Positions 17,901-25,870 of a stretch of 64,000 nt of DNA are shown piece after piece. The notes beneath the pieces were generated by a model, which searched no databases, had not been told where the DNA came from, and was given only the letters and a program-made list of their open reading frames with translations. The DNA comes from Dehalococcoidia bacterium. Its GTDB lineage: Bacteria > Chloroflexota > Dehalococcoidia > Lucifugimonadales > UBA3495. A program made the position numbers and the translations under genes. Position 1 is the first letter of the stretch. Each line of letters starts with the position of its first letter. The stretch lies in the NCBI GenBank assembly GCA_963664725.1, contig OY761558.1:3007024-3071023 (forward strand). Reading direction: 5' to 3'.

Positions 17901-19292
17901 GCCACGCCTGAAGGCGGCAGTCCCGGCGAACTGATCCTGATTCAGCTCTCAACCTTCCCGCAGGGAGCGGTGACCAGGGTTACCATTGGCGGCGTGGACC
18001 TGGATAAGAATGCCTTCTCCGGTTCCGTGAATTCCCAGGGCAGCGGCAGCTTCTCGATTACCGTACCCAACTGGGCCAAGGCCGGCCAGCAGCAACTCAA
18101 GGTTTGGGCCGGTGGCGAGAGCGCCGACACCAACATCGTCATCAGTGGTCCTGCCATCCAGGTGACGCCTGGGTCGGTCCTGGCTAACCAGCGCATCAGT
18201 CTGGTGGGAACGGGCTTCAGCAGCAACGCCTCCATCGCCAGGGTTGGCGCGGGGCTTAGGCAGGTATCCAAGATTTCCATCAGCGGCGAGGACATCGCCT
18301 GGGCCCGCATAAACGGCGGTGAGCCGGTGGACGTTGACAGCGGCGGAAACTGGTCCGCCTCCGTTGACCTGCCCTTCACCGACGCCACCATCGGTTCTGG
18401 TGACCGCATTGTAAGGGTAACCGACTCAGGCGGTCGCACCGGATCGGTGGATGTAACCATCCCGGAGCGCACGATAACGATCACCCCGGACGCGGGTCGC
18501 GTGGGCACCCTGGCCGTGGTGCGCGGTGAGAACTTCCCCAGCAAGAACGACGAAGGATCCAGCTTCAATATTGAGATCGTCTACGACGCCGGCAACGACA
18601 AGACCACCACGGTCTCGGCGGTACCCGACGCCAGCGGACGGTTCGAAGCACAGATAAGGATTCCCAGCACGGCGGCCATCCCGTCCTCCAACCAGATCAC
18701 GGTGACCTTCGAAGACGACGATGACCGCGCAGTACCCACCTCGGTCACCCACGAGGTGCCGGAAGCTGAAATACAGCTTTCTGCCAGCAGCGGTGGCCCC
18801 GGTACGCAGCTGACCATCAACGGCATAGGGTTCAAGGCTTTCGTACCGGTCAACGTGGTGAAGATCGGAACCGTGGACATCACCCCCGCGCCGAAGCCAA
18901 CTACCGATGGCAACGGAATGGTGTCCTTCAGCGTGATTATTCCCGGCCTGGACGTGGGCATCCAGACCCTTGAGATGGAAGTGGGTCGCACCACGGCCAG
19001 CATCGGTTTCACGGTGACGGAGTCCGGCATCAACCCCGGCGACATAGTCGAGATTGCTGCGGGTCTGGAGGAACTGGGCGACAACATCGTCAGCGCCTGG
19101 CACTTCAACAACGACTCCAAGGTCTGGTCCTTCTACGACCCGACCCTGGAAGAGGGCAACACCCTGACCCACATGATCAGCGGCGAGACCTATCTCATCC
19201 GGGTCAAGTCGACCGTGGAGGTCATCCTGAACCACGACACCAGGAGCCTGACCTGCGTGGGCGACAACTGCTGGAACCAGATAGTCTGGTAA
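14934..19292 (+). CDS. Giant secreted surface protein with FN3-, Big/Ig- and IPT/TIG-like repeats
   Basis: 1452 aa. The signal peptide is MRKLINPILSSAVVMALALAAVFGAMSLANPAYA. The body has repeated ~90-100-aa beta-rich modules such as ...TVTVTGLREGIAVVTVIA... and ...GEATITVYAVDG.... The C-terminal part repeats GxxxxVxGxGF (IPT-like). It is acidic and Thr/Val/Gly-rich. Confidence 0.85.
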   Translation: MRKLINPILSSAVVMALALAAVFGAMSLANPAYAATPSGLTATGADNSVVLKFRDQTGINADNWEVQHREDEVGVAYSDWADADEAPYAVTAEPITGTEPVTSSSMVTVTVSGLANESEYCFRVREQATDGSPSGAAGPVCAVPNEPPDITAYSEFTVEPGDDGGSLDVEWEAAESKQDAWQYRVDVDADYDSSTDAKMGNWRMVPGVTNDDEGEFTISNLESLPTTVMIRPVALYDTGNITGFEGGGTDTANPVVAVPVPAKPTVTAKAGNGMVTLSWKPAYMDSGIKGWEYRHDTTADFTDDGEGWTSVPALSSDGTEIASGNSGFTDAWKAMRMVEVPDLDNDTEYTFVVRAVSEGPAIGTADTSEADDEGGDASDQEMATPVEPTQSTLKEGGIPNPPMLGIGDAEVKDLSMYFNQGAGSGAIERYDVIVAGTDNVAVTGTRAAMDGTRYTETGVITVTGLREGIAVVTVIAVAEDSDNFDDVSASFTVTVGDVAEAVNTAAARSGFITDRTLTVGASQTLDVSNYFTDGEGNGQITNYTFMSDDAAVTVNAESAVGRLDITAAAVGEATITVYAVDGNTADNPMQTFNVTVEATPVDPDEGSTAASVSGTGIPTQSVTIGTATVVDEATVMAAFTAGTGTGMIASYSVSSTGGSSLIAQYVTGHGVLLNGYNAGGALVTVTAHDGHGAADPSVTFLVNIVEPDAVVVDAPYTPRTPMGSMVDPMSDAYTFTASSDEPGDGARYDIKIAVMGAIDTLNDELEIKLEDFGFPSSVSPSDIGITVNEEDGAGQDRRFSPDTVTAGSDKLTITLGDMLTRDDDREDFEISAGSNIDIVIRQSAGITNPTEAKGDDYGPKVTIGTEVIDGFENNADYPMMQLRVPHVVKLSEEDGGVGDILTVEGLGFKNGTTIHFFVDKDEDMFLDPDEDVLCSDPIVGGDDVGSCEFTVTTPTFSGGRNVVNAVDGRDNYDIDPDGDQEFVLKPSLTATPEGGSPGELILIQLSTFPQGAVTRVTIGGVDLDKNAFSGSVNSQGSGSFSITVPNWAKAGQQQLKVWAGGESADTNIVISGPAIQVTPGSVLANQRISLVGTGFSSNASIARVGAGLRQVSKISISGEDIAWARINGGEPVDVDSGGNWSASVDLPFTDATIGSGDRIVRVTDSGGRTGSVDVTIPERTITITPDAGRVGTLAVVRGENFPSKNDEGSSFNIEIVYDAGNDKTTTVSAVPDASGRFEAQIRIPSTAAIPSSNQITVTFEDDDDRAVPTSVTHEVPEAEIQLSASSGGPGTQLTINGIGFKAFVPVNVVKIGTVDITPAPKPTTDGNGMVSFSVIIPGLDVGIQTLEMEVGRTTASIGFTVTESGINPGDIVEIAAGLEELGDNIVSAWHFNNDSKVWSFYDPTLEEGNTLTHMISGETYLIRVKSTVEVILNHDTRSLTCVGDNCWNQIVW

Positions 19293-19367
19293 GTCAAGGC
19301 CAGGAAGTAGTTTCTTAGGGGCGGGCAGCCGTCCGCCCCTAACCCCCTAGTTTACAAGGAGGAATCA

Positions 19368-20105
19368 ATGGCAAAAGTCAGTAGAATCCTGGCCCTGCTA
19401 GCGATAGTGGCGATGCTGTCTGCGCTGCCCTTGACGGCATTTGCGCAGCAGGACGTTCCCCACGTACTGCTTGGCACGGCCATGTTGAACGGCGCAACGC
19501 CGCCAGTTGACACTGAAGTCGTCGCCATGGAGGGCAACACCAAGCTCGGCTCGACCATGACCATGGCCGGCGGCAAGTTCTCACTCCAGGTGATGCGGCC
19601 TCCCGGCGGTGGTGCAGTGACCTTCATGGTTGCTGGCGTAAATGCCAGCGAGAGGCTTACCAGTTGGGAGTTCGGCAAGATTCAGCCCGACTTCAACATC
19701 AGCGCCCAGGCTTCCGGCACCGTTGGCCGCGTCGGACCTCCGGGCCCCGCAGGTCCCCCAGGCGCCGCTGGCGCCGCTGGCCCCGCCGGTCCTGCCGGCC
19801 CCCGCGGCGCTGCTGGCGCTGACGGCGCCCAGGGTCCCGCCGGCGCCGATGGTCCTGCCGGCCCCGCCGGCGCTGATGGCGCTCGCGGCCCCGTAGGCCC
19901 CCAGGGCGACCCCGGCGCGCCCGGTGTTGCGGGCCCCGCTGGCGCTGATGGCGCAGCTGGTCCCCAGGGCCCGGCTGGCCCCGCAGGCCCCGCTGGTTCA
20001 AATGGGCAGGACGCTTCCGGAACCATTGGCATAGTCGCCATCGTTATTGCAATTGTGGCGGCGATCATCGCCATAGCCATGCCCTTCGTGATGCCCAGGC
20101 GGTAG
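19368..20105 (+). CDS. Collagen-like triple-helix repeat protein with signal peptide and C-terminal TM anchor
   Basis: AAGGAGG RBS and signal peptide [26 protein letters not shown]. About 30 uninterrupted G-X-Y triplets are present ([25 protein letters not shown]...). The C-terminus [26 protein letters not shown] is a TM anchor. Confidence 0.85.
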   Translation: MAKVSRILALLAIVAMLSALPLTAFAQQDVPHVLLGTAMLNGATPPVDTEVVAMEGNTKLGSTMTMAGGKFSLQVMRPPGGGAVTFMVAGVNASERLTSWEFGKIQPDFNISAQASGTVGRVGPPGPAGPPGAAGAAGPAGPAGPRGAAGADGAQGPAGADGPAGPAGADGARGPVGPQGDPGAPGVAGPAGADGAAGPQGPAGPAGPAGSNGQDASGTIGIVAIVIAIVAAIIAIAMPFVMPRR

Positions 20106-20130
20106 AGCGGAGGAACGGGTAAACAGAGTA

Positions 20131-20169
20131 AGGCCCCTTCGCCGGATTGGTGGAGGGGCCTCTTCTTTG
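20131..20169 (+). terminator. Rho-independent terminator after the collagen-like gene
   Basis: AGGCCCCT...AGGGGCCT stem followed by CTTCTTTG. Confidence 0.7.
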
Positions 20170-20289
20170 AAAAGGAAGGGGATACAGTAGATAATGGTCT
20201 GAATACAATTGAGGGCCGCACCAGCGACTCCCCAGTCAGCTGCTGCCCTCTCCAACCCAGAATCCCCACCTCGTTTAAGGAGCAGGACA

Positions 20290-20466
20290 ATGGATATATG
20301 GGAAAATGCAAAACCCGGAGATAAGGACCTGTCAAATTGGGTATTACTTCTTGAGGCAGTAAGCGCCTACAATAAGGCGATGGAGGACGAGTCCATCCGC
20401 CAGGAGATGGCTACCAACGAACAGAGGGCAAACCGCCGGTCTGTGGATCCGGGCTATCACCGGTAA
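20290..20466 (+). CDS. 58-aa hypothetical helical protein
   Basis: ATG at 20290 lies 7 nt after AAGGAG: MDIWENAKPGDKDLSNWVLLLEAVSAYNKAMEDESIRQEMATNEQRANRR... The track ORF start at 20209 is less likely. Confidence 0.5.
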   Translation: MDIWENAKPGDKDLSNWVLLLEAVSAYNKAMEDESIRQEMATNEQRANRRSVDPGYHR

Positions 20467-20492
20467 CATCATCCGGCGTTTCCTGCTATAAT
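20463..20492 (+). promoter_or_regulatory. Candidate sigma70-type promoter (GTAACA - 18 nt - TATAAT) firing into the GG-phased repeat leader
   Basis: A perfect TATAAT lies at 20487..20492 and a 4/6 match to the -35 box at 20463..20468. The predicted start near 20500 is just before repeat unit 1 (20503). Confidence 0.4.
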
Positions 20493-20502
20493 CTAAAATC
20501 CC

Positions 20503-20946
20503 AGGCGGGGTGGGGTACGGTCGGGCATGGAGGACCAAGGCCAGGTAAGGCAAGGTTTAAATCAACATTCAGGCGAACATTTACTAGGCGGGGCGATGCG
20601 CGGTATGGCTGGGGGCGACAAGGTCAGGCAAGGCAGGGACTCCTAGAAAGGCACTATTACGGGTACCTTCATACTCAAGGCGGGGCGAGGTCAGGTTTGG
20701 TTGGGGGAGACAAGGTCTGGTTAGGCAGGGTTTTTTGGAAAACATCCATTCAGCTAGGCGGGGCGAGGTACTGCGAGGCTGGGGGAGTTAAGGCAAGGTG
20801 TGGCAAGGAGAGGAATTTAGGAAATAAACTTTTGACAAGGCGGGGTGAGGTAAGGCCCGGCATGGAAGCACAAGGTACGGCAGGGCAAGGTTTTACATTA
20901 ACATTCCAGCCGGGCTGGGGGAGTTAAGGCGAGGCGAGGTAAGGAC
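20503..20946 (+). repeat. Five full copies plus one partial copy of a 75-92-nt unit. Each unit is a 53-nt core of eleven 5-nt-phased NGGNN pentamers plus an A/T-rich spacer.
   Basis: Cores start at 20503, 20586, 20678, 20756 and 20838, with a partial core from 20912. They align without gaps: AGGCG GGGYG AGGTA NGGYN NGGYW KGGRR NNNCA AGGYN NGGYN NGGCA RGG. The last unit supplies the SD (AGGTAAGGAC) of gene 20951. Confidence 0.85.
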
Positions 20947-20950
20947 TTTT

Positions 20951-21553
20951 ATGATCTACGAAGTAACCATCAGGGGAATACGACCGCTACTTATGCACTC
21001 GGGCGAAGGAGTTAACCCGGATCATCCGGCAAATATCGAGAAGGATGAAATCCTACGCAAAAGGACGACGAGCCGCACGGAGTCTGAGACCGAGCGCCTG
21101 CACGAGCTTGAGTGCAGGGTGTCCTTGTGGTTGACGGAGGATGGGCGCCCAACCATACCATCTATGGCAATAAGGGCCTGCCTGGAAGTCGCATCAAGAA
21201 GGCTTCGCCAGGGGCCACAAGTCAGGGAGGGTCTGAGTGTACTTCCCGAGACCACCTTTGAATATGATGAAGAAAAGTACGGCACCACCCTGGATGAAAT
21301 TGTGCAGAATGCCCAATTTCGTACCGGTGTCGTGGTCCAGCGCCAGAGGATTCTCCGGACCCGGGCCCGCTTCGATCTCCCTTGGTCATGTACCTTCCAG
21401 GCCGACTGCGACGATGCTGTGGTGGACCAGCGCCAGCTCGAATCTTGGCTGGAGATCGCCGGCAGACGCATTGGCCTTGGGGACTGGAGGCCGGAGAAGA
21501 GCGGTGATTACGGTCGGTTTGAGTTTACGAAGCTGGAAGGTATCGAGGACTAA
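20951..21553 (+). CDS. 200-aa protein with RAMP-like sequence features (hypothetical)
   Basis: The ATG follows GAGGTAAGGA. There is an N-terminal strand plus PLLMHSGEG. TIPSMAIRACLEVASRRL recalls the IPGSS(I/L)KGxLR helix of Cas7/Csm3-type RAMPs. The C-terminal IGLGDWRPEKSGDYGRFEF recalls the glycine-rich loop plus final strand. This is pattern-level resemblance only. Confidence 0.7.
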   Translation: MIYEVTIRGIRPLLMHSGEGVNPDHPANIEKDEILRKRTTSRTESETERLHELECRVSLWLTEDGRPTIPSMAIRACLEVASRRLRQGPQVREGLSVLPETTFEYDEEKYGTTLDEIVQNAQFRTGVVVQRQRILRTRARFDLPWSCTFQADCDDAVVDQRQLESWLEIAGRRIGLGDWRPEKSGDYGRFEFTKLEGIED

Positions 21554-21567
21554 GTGAGGAGAAGGCC

Positions 21568-22047
21568 ATGGCTGTTTGGATCATTCTAGGCGGCAATGGC
21601 CCGGGTAATGCGGAGAGGGAGTTCTTAGCGACTGGGCCAATAGGAATAGGGTTCTACATAGAGGGCGACATCAGAGGGCTCAGCCGAGAGAGAGTGCGCC
21701 TTAGAACCCAGGCCGGATATTTGCGGTACTTGCGAGACGAAGGAATTGACGCGCGTGTATGGCGGCTTCAAGGGACCGTTACATGGTTCCTACACCAGGT
21801 GCTTAACTTCAGGGACACAGTCAGAATTGGCGACACCATAATTATGCCCAGGAAGGCATCGGGCGGACGCCGCATTGCTCATGACACCGTAGCAGGTAGA
21901 TACAGATTTACCCCTAGGGCCAGGTATCCACACCGCCGCCGGATAAACTGGATAGACCAAGACCTGCGACCACACGAGATCGCGACCCTGTACCCGTTTT
22001 ATGAGCCGCAAAGCGACAATCGAACCGTAATAAGAATTGAGCGATAA
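21568..22047 (+). CDS. 159-aa protein resembling the small N-terminal PUA/EVE-like sensor module found on McrB-type defence ATPases (hypothetical)
   Basis: GAGGAGAAGG RBS, 14 nt after the upstream stop. The pattern is VWIILGG...EREFLATGPIGIGF...D...LSRE, then IGDTIIMPR......IAHDTVAGRYRF.....YPHRRRINWI. The fold assignment is a guess. Confidence 0.65.
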   Translation: MAVWIILGGNGPGNAEREFLATGPIGIGFYIEGDIRGLSRERVRLRTQAGYLRYLRDEGIDARVWRLQGTVTWFLHQVLNFRDTVRIGDTIIMPRKASGGRRIAHDTVAGRYRFTPRARYPHRRRINWIDQDLRPHEIATLYPFYEPQSDNRTVIRIER

Positions 22048-22081
22048 ATGCCGGCTGTTGTGGCTTGAAAACGCCGGCAGG

Positions 22082-22438
22082 CTATACTCCTCTCCTTGAT
22101 TTCCTCTTTGTTGTAGTCCTTGCAGGTACGTAGTGCCGTTGCCTTCTTCGCCTTATAGCAGGACCGCCAACCCCTTCCCCGCGCGCTGGCGGCGGCATTT
22201 GCCGGTCACTGTAGCAAATTTTGCAAAGCTCGATGTCATACCCGTGTTTGTCGGCCAGGTCATAAGCGACCTGTTCTGCCCGTTCTTTGGTCAGGAATGG
22301 TTCCCGCCAATACCCACTCTTGGAGCCGAGTCCCTGGGGCCGATGCTGCCAGTTCTCTGTCGGCGCATGAATGATGATGGCCGTTGAGGGGGATTTGCGG
22401 ACCCGTATATGATAGCCGATTTTAATCTCTTCGGTCAT
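22082..22438 (-). CDS. 118-aa hypothetical protein with a basic tail
   Basis: ATG at 22438 (MTEEIKIGYHIRVRK...) follows GGGAGA. It is convergent with 21568..22047. A GCCGGC...GCCGGC hairpin lies between them. Confidence 0.5.
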   Translation of the reverse strand: MTEEIKIGYHIRVRKSPSTAIIIHAPTENWQHRPQGLGSKSGYWREPFLTKERAEQVAYDLADKHGYDIELCKICYSDRQMPPPARGEGVGGPAIRRRRQRHYVPARTTTKRKSRRGV

Positions 22439-22728
22439 AGCCTGAGTCTCCCTCTGCCCCGTCAAGGCGGCAACTGCCGGTGCGGAGGCGGGTAGCTGGC
22501 AACTGGCGCTTTGTTCCGGCTCTTGTATGGCTCCTTCGCTTCGGTAGATTGTTTCCGTTTCTGTTCAGCCAGGACATATTCCTCCGCTGCTGTCCTGAGT
22601 GATTCAGGCGCGGTCTTAGGTTAGGTCCAGGCTTCCGCTTGACGGGTTCAACCGTGATGTTTTTGGGTTCAGCAACTACCCCGCCCATGCGGGCCATGCC
22701 CTCCCAGCTATCGCCCCAGGGCACCTGT

Positions 22729-24430
22729 TTAGCCTCAATCCACCGAAGAGATGAGTCTTGCGGGGTGGTGAAGGGGTAAGAAAGTGCTCCTTTGCATCTG
22801 GGATAATGGTTTTCGAGAGAGAAAACCGACCAGAAACAAGGAGCACCCAAGAGATGCTACCACTTGAGCACCCCGATCGCATTCAAATCGCCTTCGACGA
22901 CACCCGCCTGGTCAACAATGCTGGGCTGCTCTTTCCGGCCACCCTGGCCCTGCACCTCGGCCTTTCCCAACTGGTACAGGAGCACCTGGACCTGGGAGAT
23001 GCGCCGGGTCGGGCCAACACAGGAGACAAGATGCTGACCCTGGTGGCCTCCGCGCTGGCTGGCGGCGGCTGCCTCGACGACGCCGATGCGCTGCGTTCCG
23101 GCAGAACCGCTGCGGTGCTGGGTTGCACCGTGATGGCCCCTTCCACCCTGGGTACCTTCCTGCGCAGCTTCCGGTGGGGCCATGTCCGCCAGTTGGACCG
23201 GGTGAGCCGGGAACTGCTGGCGCGGGGCTGGGCCGCTGGAGCCGGACCCGGCGACGGGCCGCTGACCATCGACCTGGACTCCACCATCTGCGAGACCTAT
23301 GGCCTGGCCAAGGAGGGAGCCCGCCACCACGGCTACACCGGCCAGCGGGGCTATCACCCGCTGCTCGCCGTGGCCGCTGGCACCGGCGACGTTCTGATGG
23401 CCCGACTGCGCGAAGGACGCTCCAACACCGCTCGGGGCGCCGCCCACTTCCTGCGGGAGACGGTGGGTCGAATGCGTCACGCCGGGGCCAAAGGACAACT
23501 CACCGTGCGGGCCGACAGCGGCTTCTACACTCATGGGGTGGTATCCGTCTGCCGCAAGACAAAGGTGCGCTTCTCCATCACCATCCGCCAACGTGCCAGC
23601 CTGCGCAAACTCATTGAGGCCATACCCGATGATGCCTGGACGCCCATCCCTTATTGGATGGAGGGTGCCGCCGATGTGTCCGAGACCGTTTACACTTCCT
23701 TCAGAAGCAAGCCCGATGCCGCGCCGGTGCGGCTCATCGTCCGCAGGGTCAAGCCCACGCCCTGCTCCCAACTGGTTCTGTTCGCCAACTACAGCTATCA
23801 CGCCTTCATCACCGACCGCGGCGGCAACACGCTGGACCTGGAGGCCGACCACCGCCGCCACGCCGAGATCGAAAACGCCATCCGAGACCTGAAGTACGGT
23901 GCAGGGCTCAACCATCTCCCCTCGGGCCGCTTCGCAGCCAACGCTGCCTGGCTGGCGGTGCAGGTCATGGCACACAACCTGGCCCGCTGGACCACGCGCA
24001 TCGGTCTGGGCGAGCAGATAGTGACCACCAAGACCCTGCGGCGACGCTTCTTCTCCCTGGCCTGACGGCTCACCCGCTCGGCCCGCCGCCTCACTTTGCA
24101 TCTTCCCAGGCGCTGGCCCTGGGAAGCCCAGTTCAGTCGCGCCCTGGCAAGGCTCCGATCCTTACCACTCCCTGCCTGACGCCGCTATCCGCAACCAGCC
24201 CAACGCCTCCAAACTCGCGTCCGCCCGGTCCGCGAGTGCATCTTGTTGCGTCCGATCTCAACTATCACGCGGTTCCCCACGTCCATAGACCGCTCTCGGG
24301 GATCTGCGCGGCTACCGAAAACCCGCTGCCGTGACACATCGGTCCCAATGGAGGCCAGGTTTCTCCCTTGTAGGCTCCCTCATCCCAACTTGCCCAGCCT
24401 TCACGTCTCCCTTCGGTGGATTCGGGCTAA
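22729..24430 (+). mobile_element. IS1380-family insertion sequence (~1.7 kb)
   Basis: The terminal inverted repeats are TTAGCCTCAATCCACCGAAG (22729..22748) and CTTCGGTGGATTCGGGCTAA (24411..24430), matching at 18/20 positions. They enclose one transposase gene. Confidence 0.8.
22854..24179 (+). pseudogene. IS1380-family DDE transposase with an in-frame TGA at 24063..24065
   Basis: MLPLEHPDRIQIAFDDTRLVNNAGLL...DSGFY...HRRHAEIENAIRDLK... is typical of IS1380 transposases. After the TGA the same frame continues RLTRSARRLTLHLPRRWPWEAQFSRALARLRSLPLPA. That is the conserved C-terminus of the family as I remember it. Confidence 0.8.
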
Positions 24431-24781
24431 GGGCAATGCAGAAGCAATTGAACCGGGAAATCACTGAACAGTGGCTACGAAGGATCGGCAGTGGTTGTTG
24501 ACCTGTCTCCTGCGACCCTGGTTAATCGAGAAACGTTGCCCAGGGAACTCAATTGCTGTTGCAGGAAGTGGGGCATTCTTATCTCGGTCACACTCTGTAC
24601 CTAGAGATACTCTGAACAAGGCCCATCGCGGCCTGAATGGCGGCTGACCGATGGGCAAGGGCCGAAATTCACCGTCCCTGACTGGTCCTATTTCTTCCAA
24701 CCTCAGCATTTCGCTCCCTTTTCGGGGCAGTTGGCGGCTTGTCACGAGGTAGAATGCCGGTGAATCTGGCCCCGGGGCCCA

Positions 24782-25760
24782 CTACCCCCTCAGTCTCCTC
24801 AGTTTACCCTCTGCAATCAACAGGTTGCCCAGCCCGAACAGCAGGGCCGTCCGTTCCGTGTTCTTTGCCAGTCCCCGGGCCAGCCCCCGGTAGCGTATTT
24901 TCCAATACCCGAACTGCCGCTTCAACCTCTGGAAGGGGTGTTCCACCTTGGCCTGCTCCGTCCGTGCCTCTTCGCTCTCCGGCTCCAGCTTCCGCCGTTT
25001 CCCAGGCCGCATCGCCACCCGCCATTCCACCGCCAATTCTAGATTCTCCTCTCGCTTGTGAACTCCCTGATACCCAGCATCTCCCCACACCACCGTCTCG
25101 CCCCCGTGCAGCAGATTGTGGGCCTCCGTGACATCGTGAGCGTTGGCCGCCGTGGTGCTCATTCTGTGGACTATTCCGGTCTCAGAGTCCACCCCAATAT
25201 GCGCCTTCATCCCGAAGTGCCACTGGTTCCCCTTCTTGGTCTGGTGCATCTCTGGGTCCCGCTCCTGGTTCCGGTTCTTGGTGGATGACGGCGCCTCGAT
25301 GATGGTGGCGTCCACAATGGTTCCTTCCCTGAGCTTCAGTCCCTGTGACTCCAGGTGGGTTGATCTCCTCCAGGAGACCCTGCCCCAGATGGTGCTGCTC
25401 CAATAGGTGGCGGAAGTGGAGGATGGTGGTCTCGCCGGGCAGCGGGCCGGTGAGCTTCAAGCCCACGAACCGCCGCACCGGATCGGACTCGTAGAGCAGA
25501 TCCTCCATGCCAGGATCACTCAGATTGTAGGAGATCTGGACGCAGTGGACTCGCAGCATAACTGGAAGGGGATAGGGATGGCGGCCCCGACCGGCCTTGG
25601 GATAGAAGGTATGGATGCGGCCTTCCAGCTTCTGCCAGGGAATCAGGCTTTCCATCCGCTCCAGGAACAACTCCCGTCTAGTCTTGCGCTTCTTCCCCCG
25701 TATTCCAAGTCGGAAAAGAGCCTGCCCTCGTGAAGACGAGGGTGGGTTGCTCCATCCCAA
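24782..25760 (-). pseudogene. IS5-family (IS5/ISL2-type) DDE transposase, frameshifted near 25320-25360
   Basis: The N-terminal ORF contains KRKTRRELFLERMESLIPWQ...YPLPVMLRVHCVQISYNLSD. The second frame contains IVDATIIEAPSSTKN...WHFGMKAHIGVD...GDAGYQG...AKVEHPFQRLKRQFGYWKIRYRGL. Confidence 0.8.
25719..25742 (-). repeat. Hairpin mini-insertion copy 1 (in IS5 tnp): CCCTCG-TCTTCA-CGAGGG-CAGGCT on the coding strand
   Basis: Read directly from the sequence. It is 24 nt and in frame, and it adds PSSSRGQA near the N-terminus. Confidence 0.7.
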
Positions 25761-25870
25761 TTCACCTCTCTACTGGTCTGGCCTGCCTCCCCTTACTATG
25801 CCATAATTACGCCAGACTTGTTCAGAGTATCCCTAACATTCTCCAAAACTTGGGAGTGGAGGTGTGCGGA

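Larger units (their letters stand above)
24770..25790 (-). mobile_element. IS5-family element (ends approximate, TIRs not resolved)
   Basis: The span is defined by the transposase remnants below. I could not find convincing terminal repeats. Confidence 0.5.

Noticed and set aside
19682-20335. 217-aa minus-strand ORF and other ORFs overlapping the collagen-like repeats.
   Set aside because: These are off-frame or antisense readings of GGN-CCN repeat DNA. The + strand gene has an RBS, a signal peptide, G-X-Y repeats and a terminator.
20697-20927. 76-aa ORF within the phased-GG repeats.
   Set aside because: Its sequence is dictated by the 5-nt periodic repeat, it has no RBS, and the other units are closed in that frame.
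20503-20946. CRISPR array interpretation of the tandem repeats.
   Set aside because: The repeat cores are 53 nt long and only about 65-75% identical. The spacers are partly homologous to each other. There are no cas genes and no leader/repeat architecture.
22439-22850. 142-aa minus-strand ORF running into the IS1380 left end.
   Set aside because: It is a chimeric reading across the IS terminal repeat. The part outside the IS is highly basic and shifts frame. At most it is a remnant of a gene destroyed by the insertion.
24063-24065. TGA recoding (Gly, code 25, or selenocysteine) in the IS1380 transposase.
   Set aside because: TGA is used as an ordinary stop by neighbouring intact genes. The genome is high-G+C. 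TAG and TAA also interrupt other decayed genes, so a nonsense mutation is simpler.
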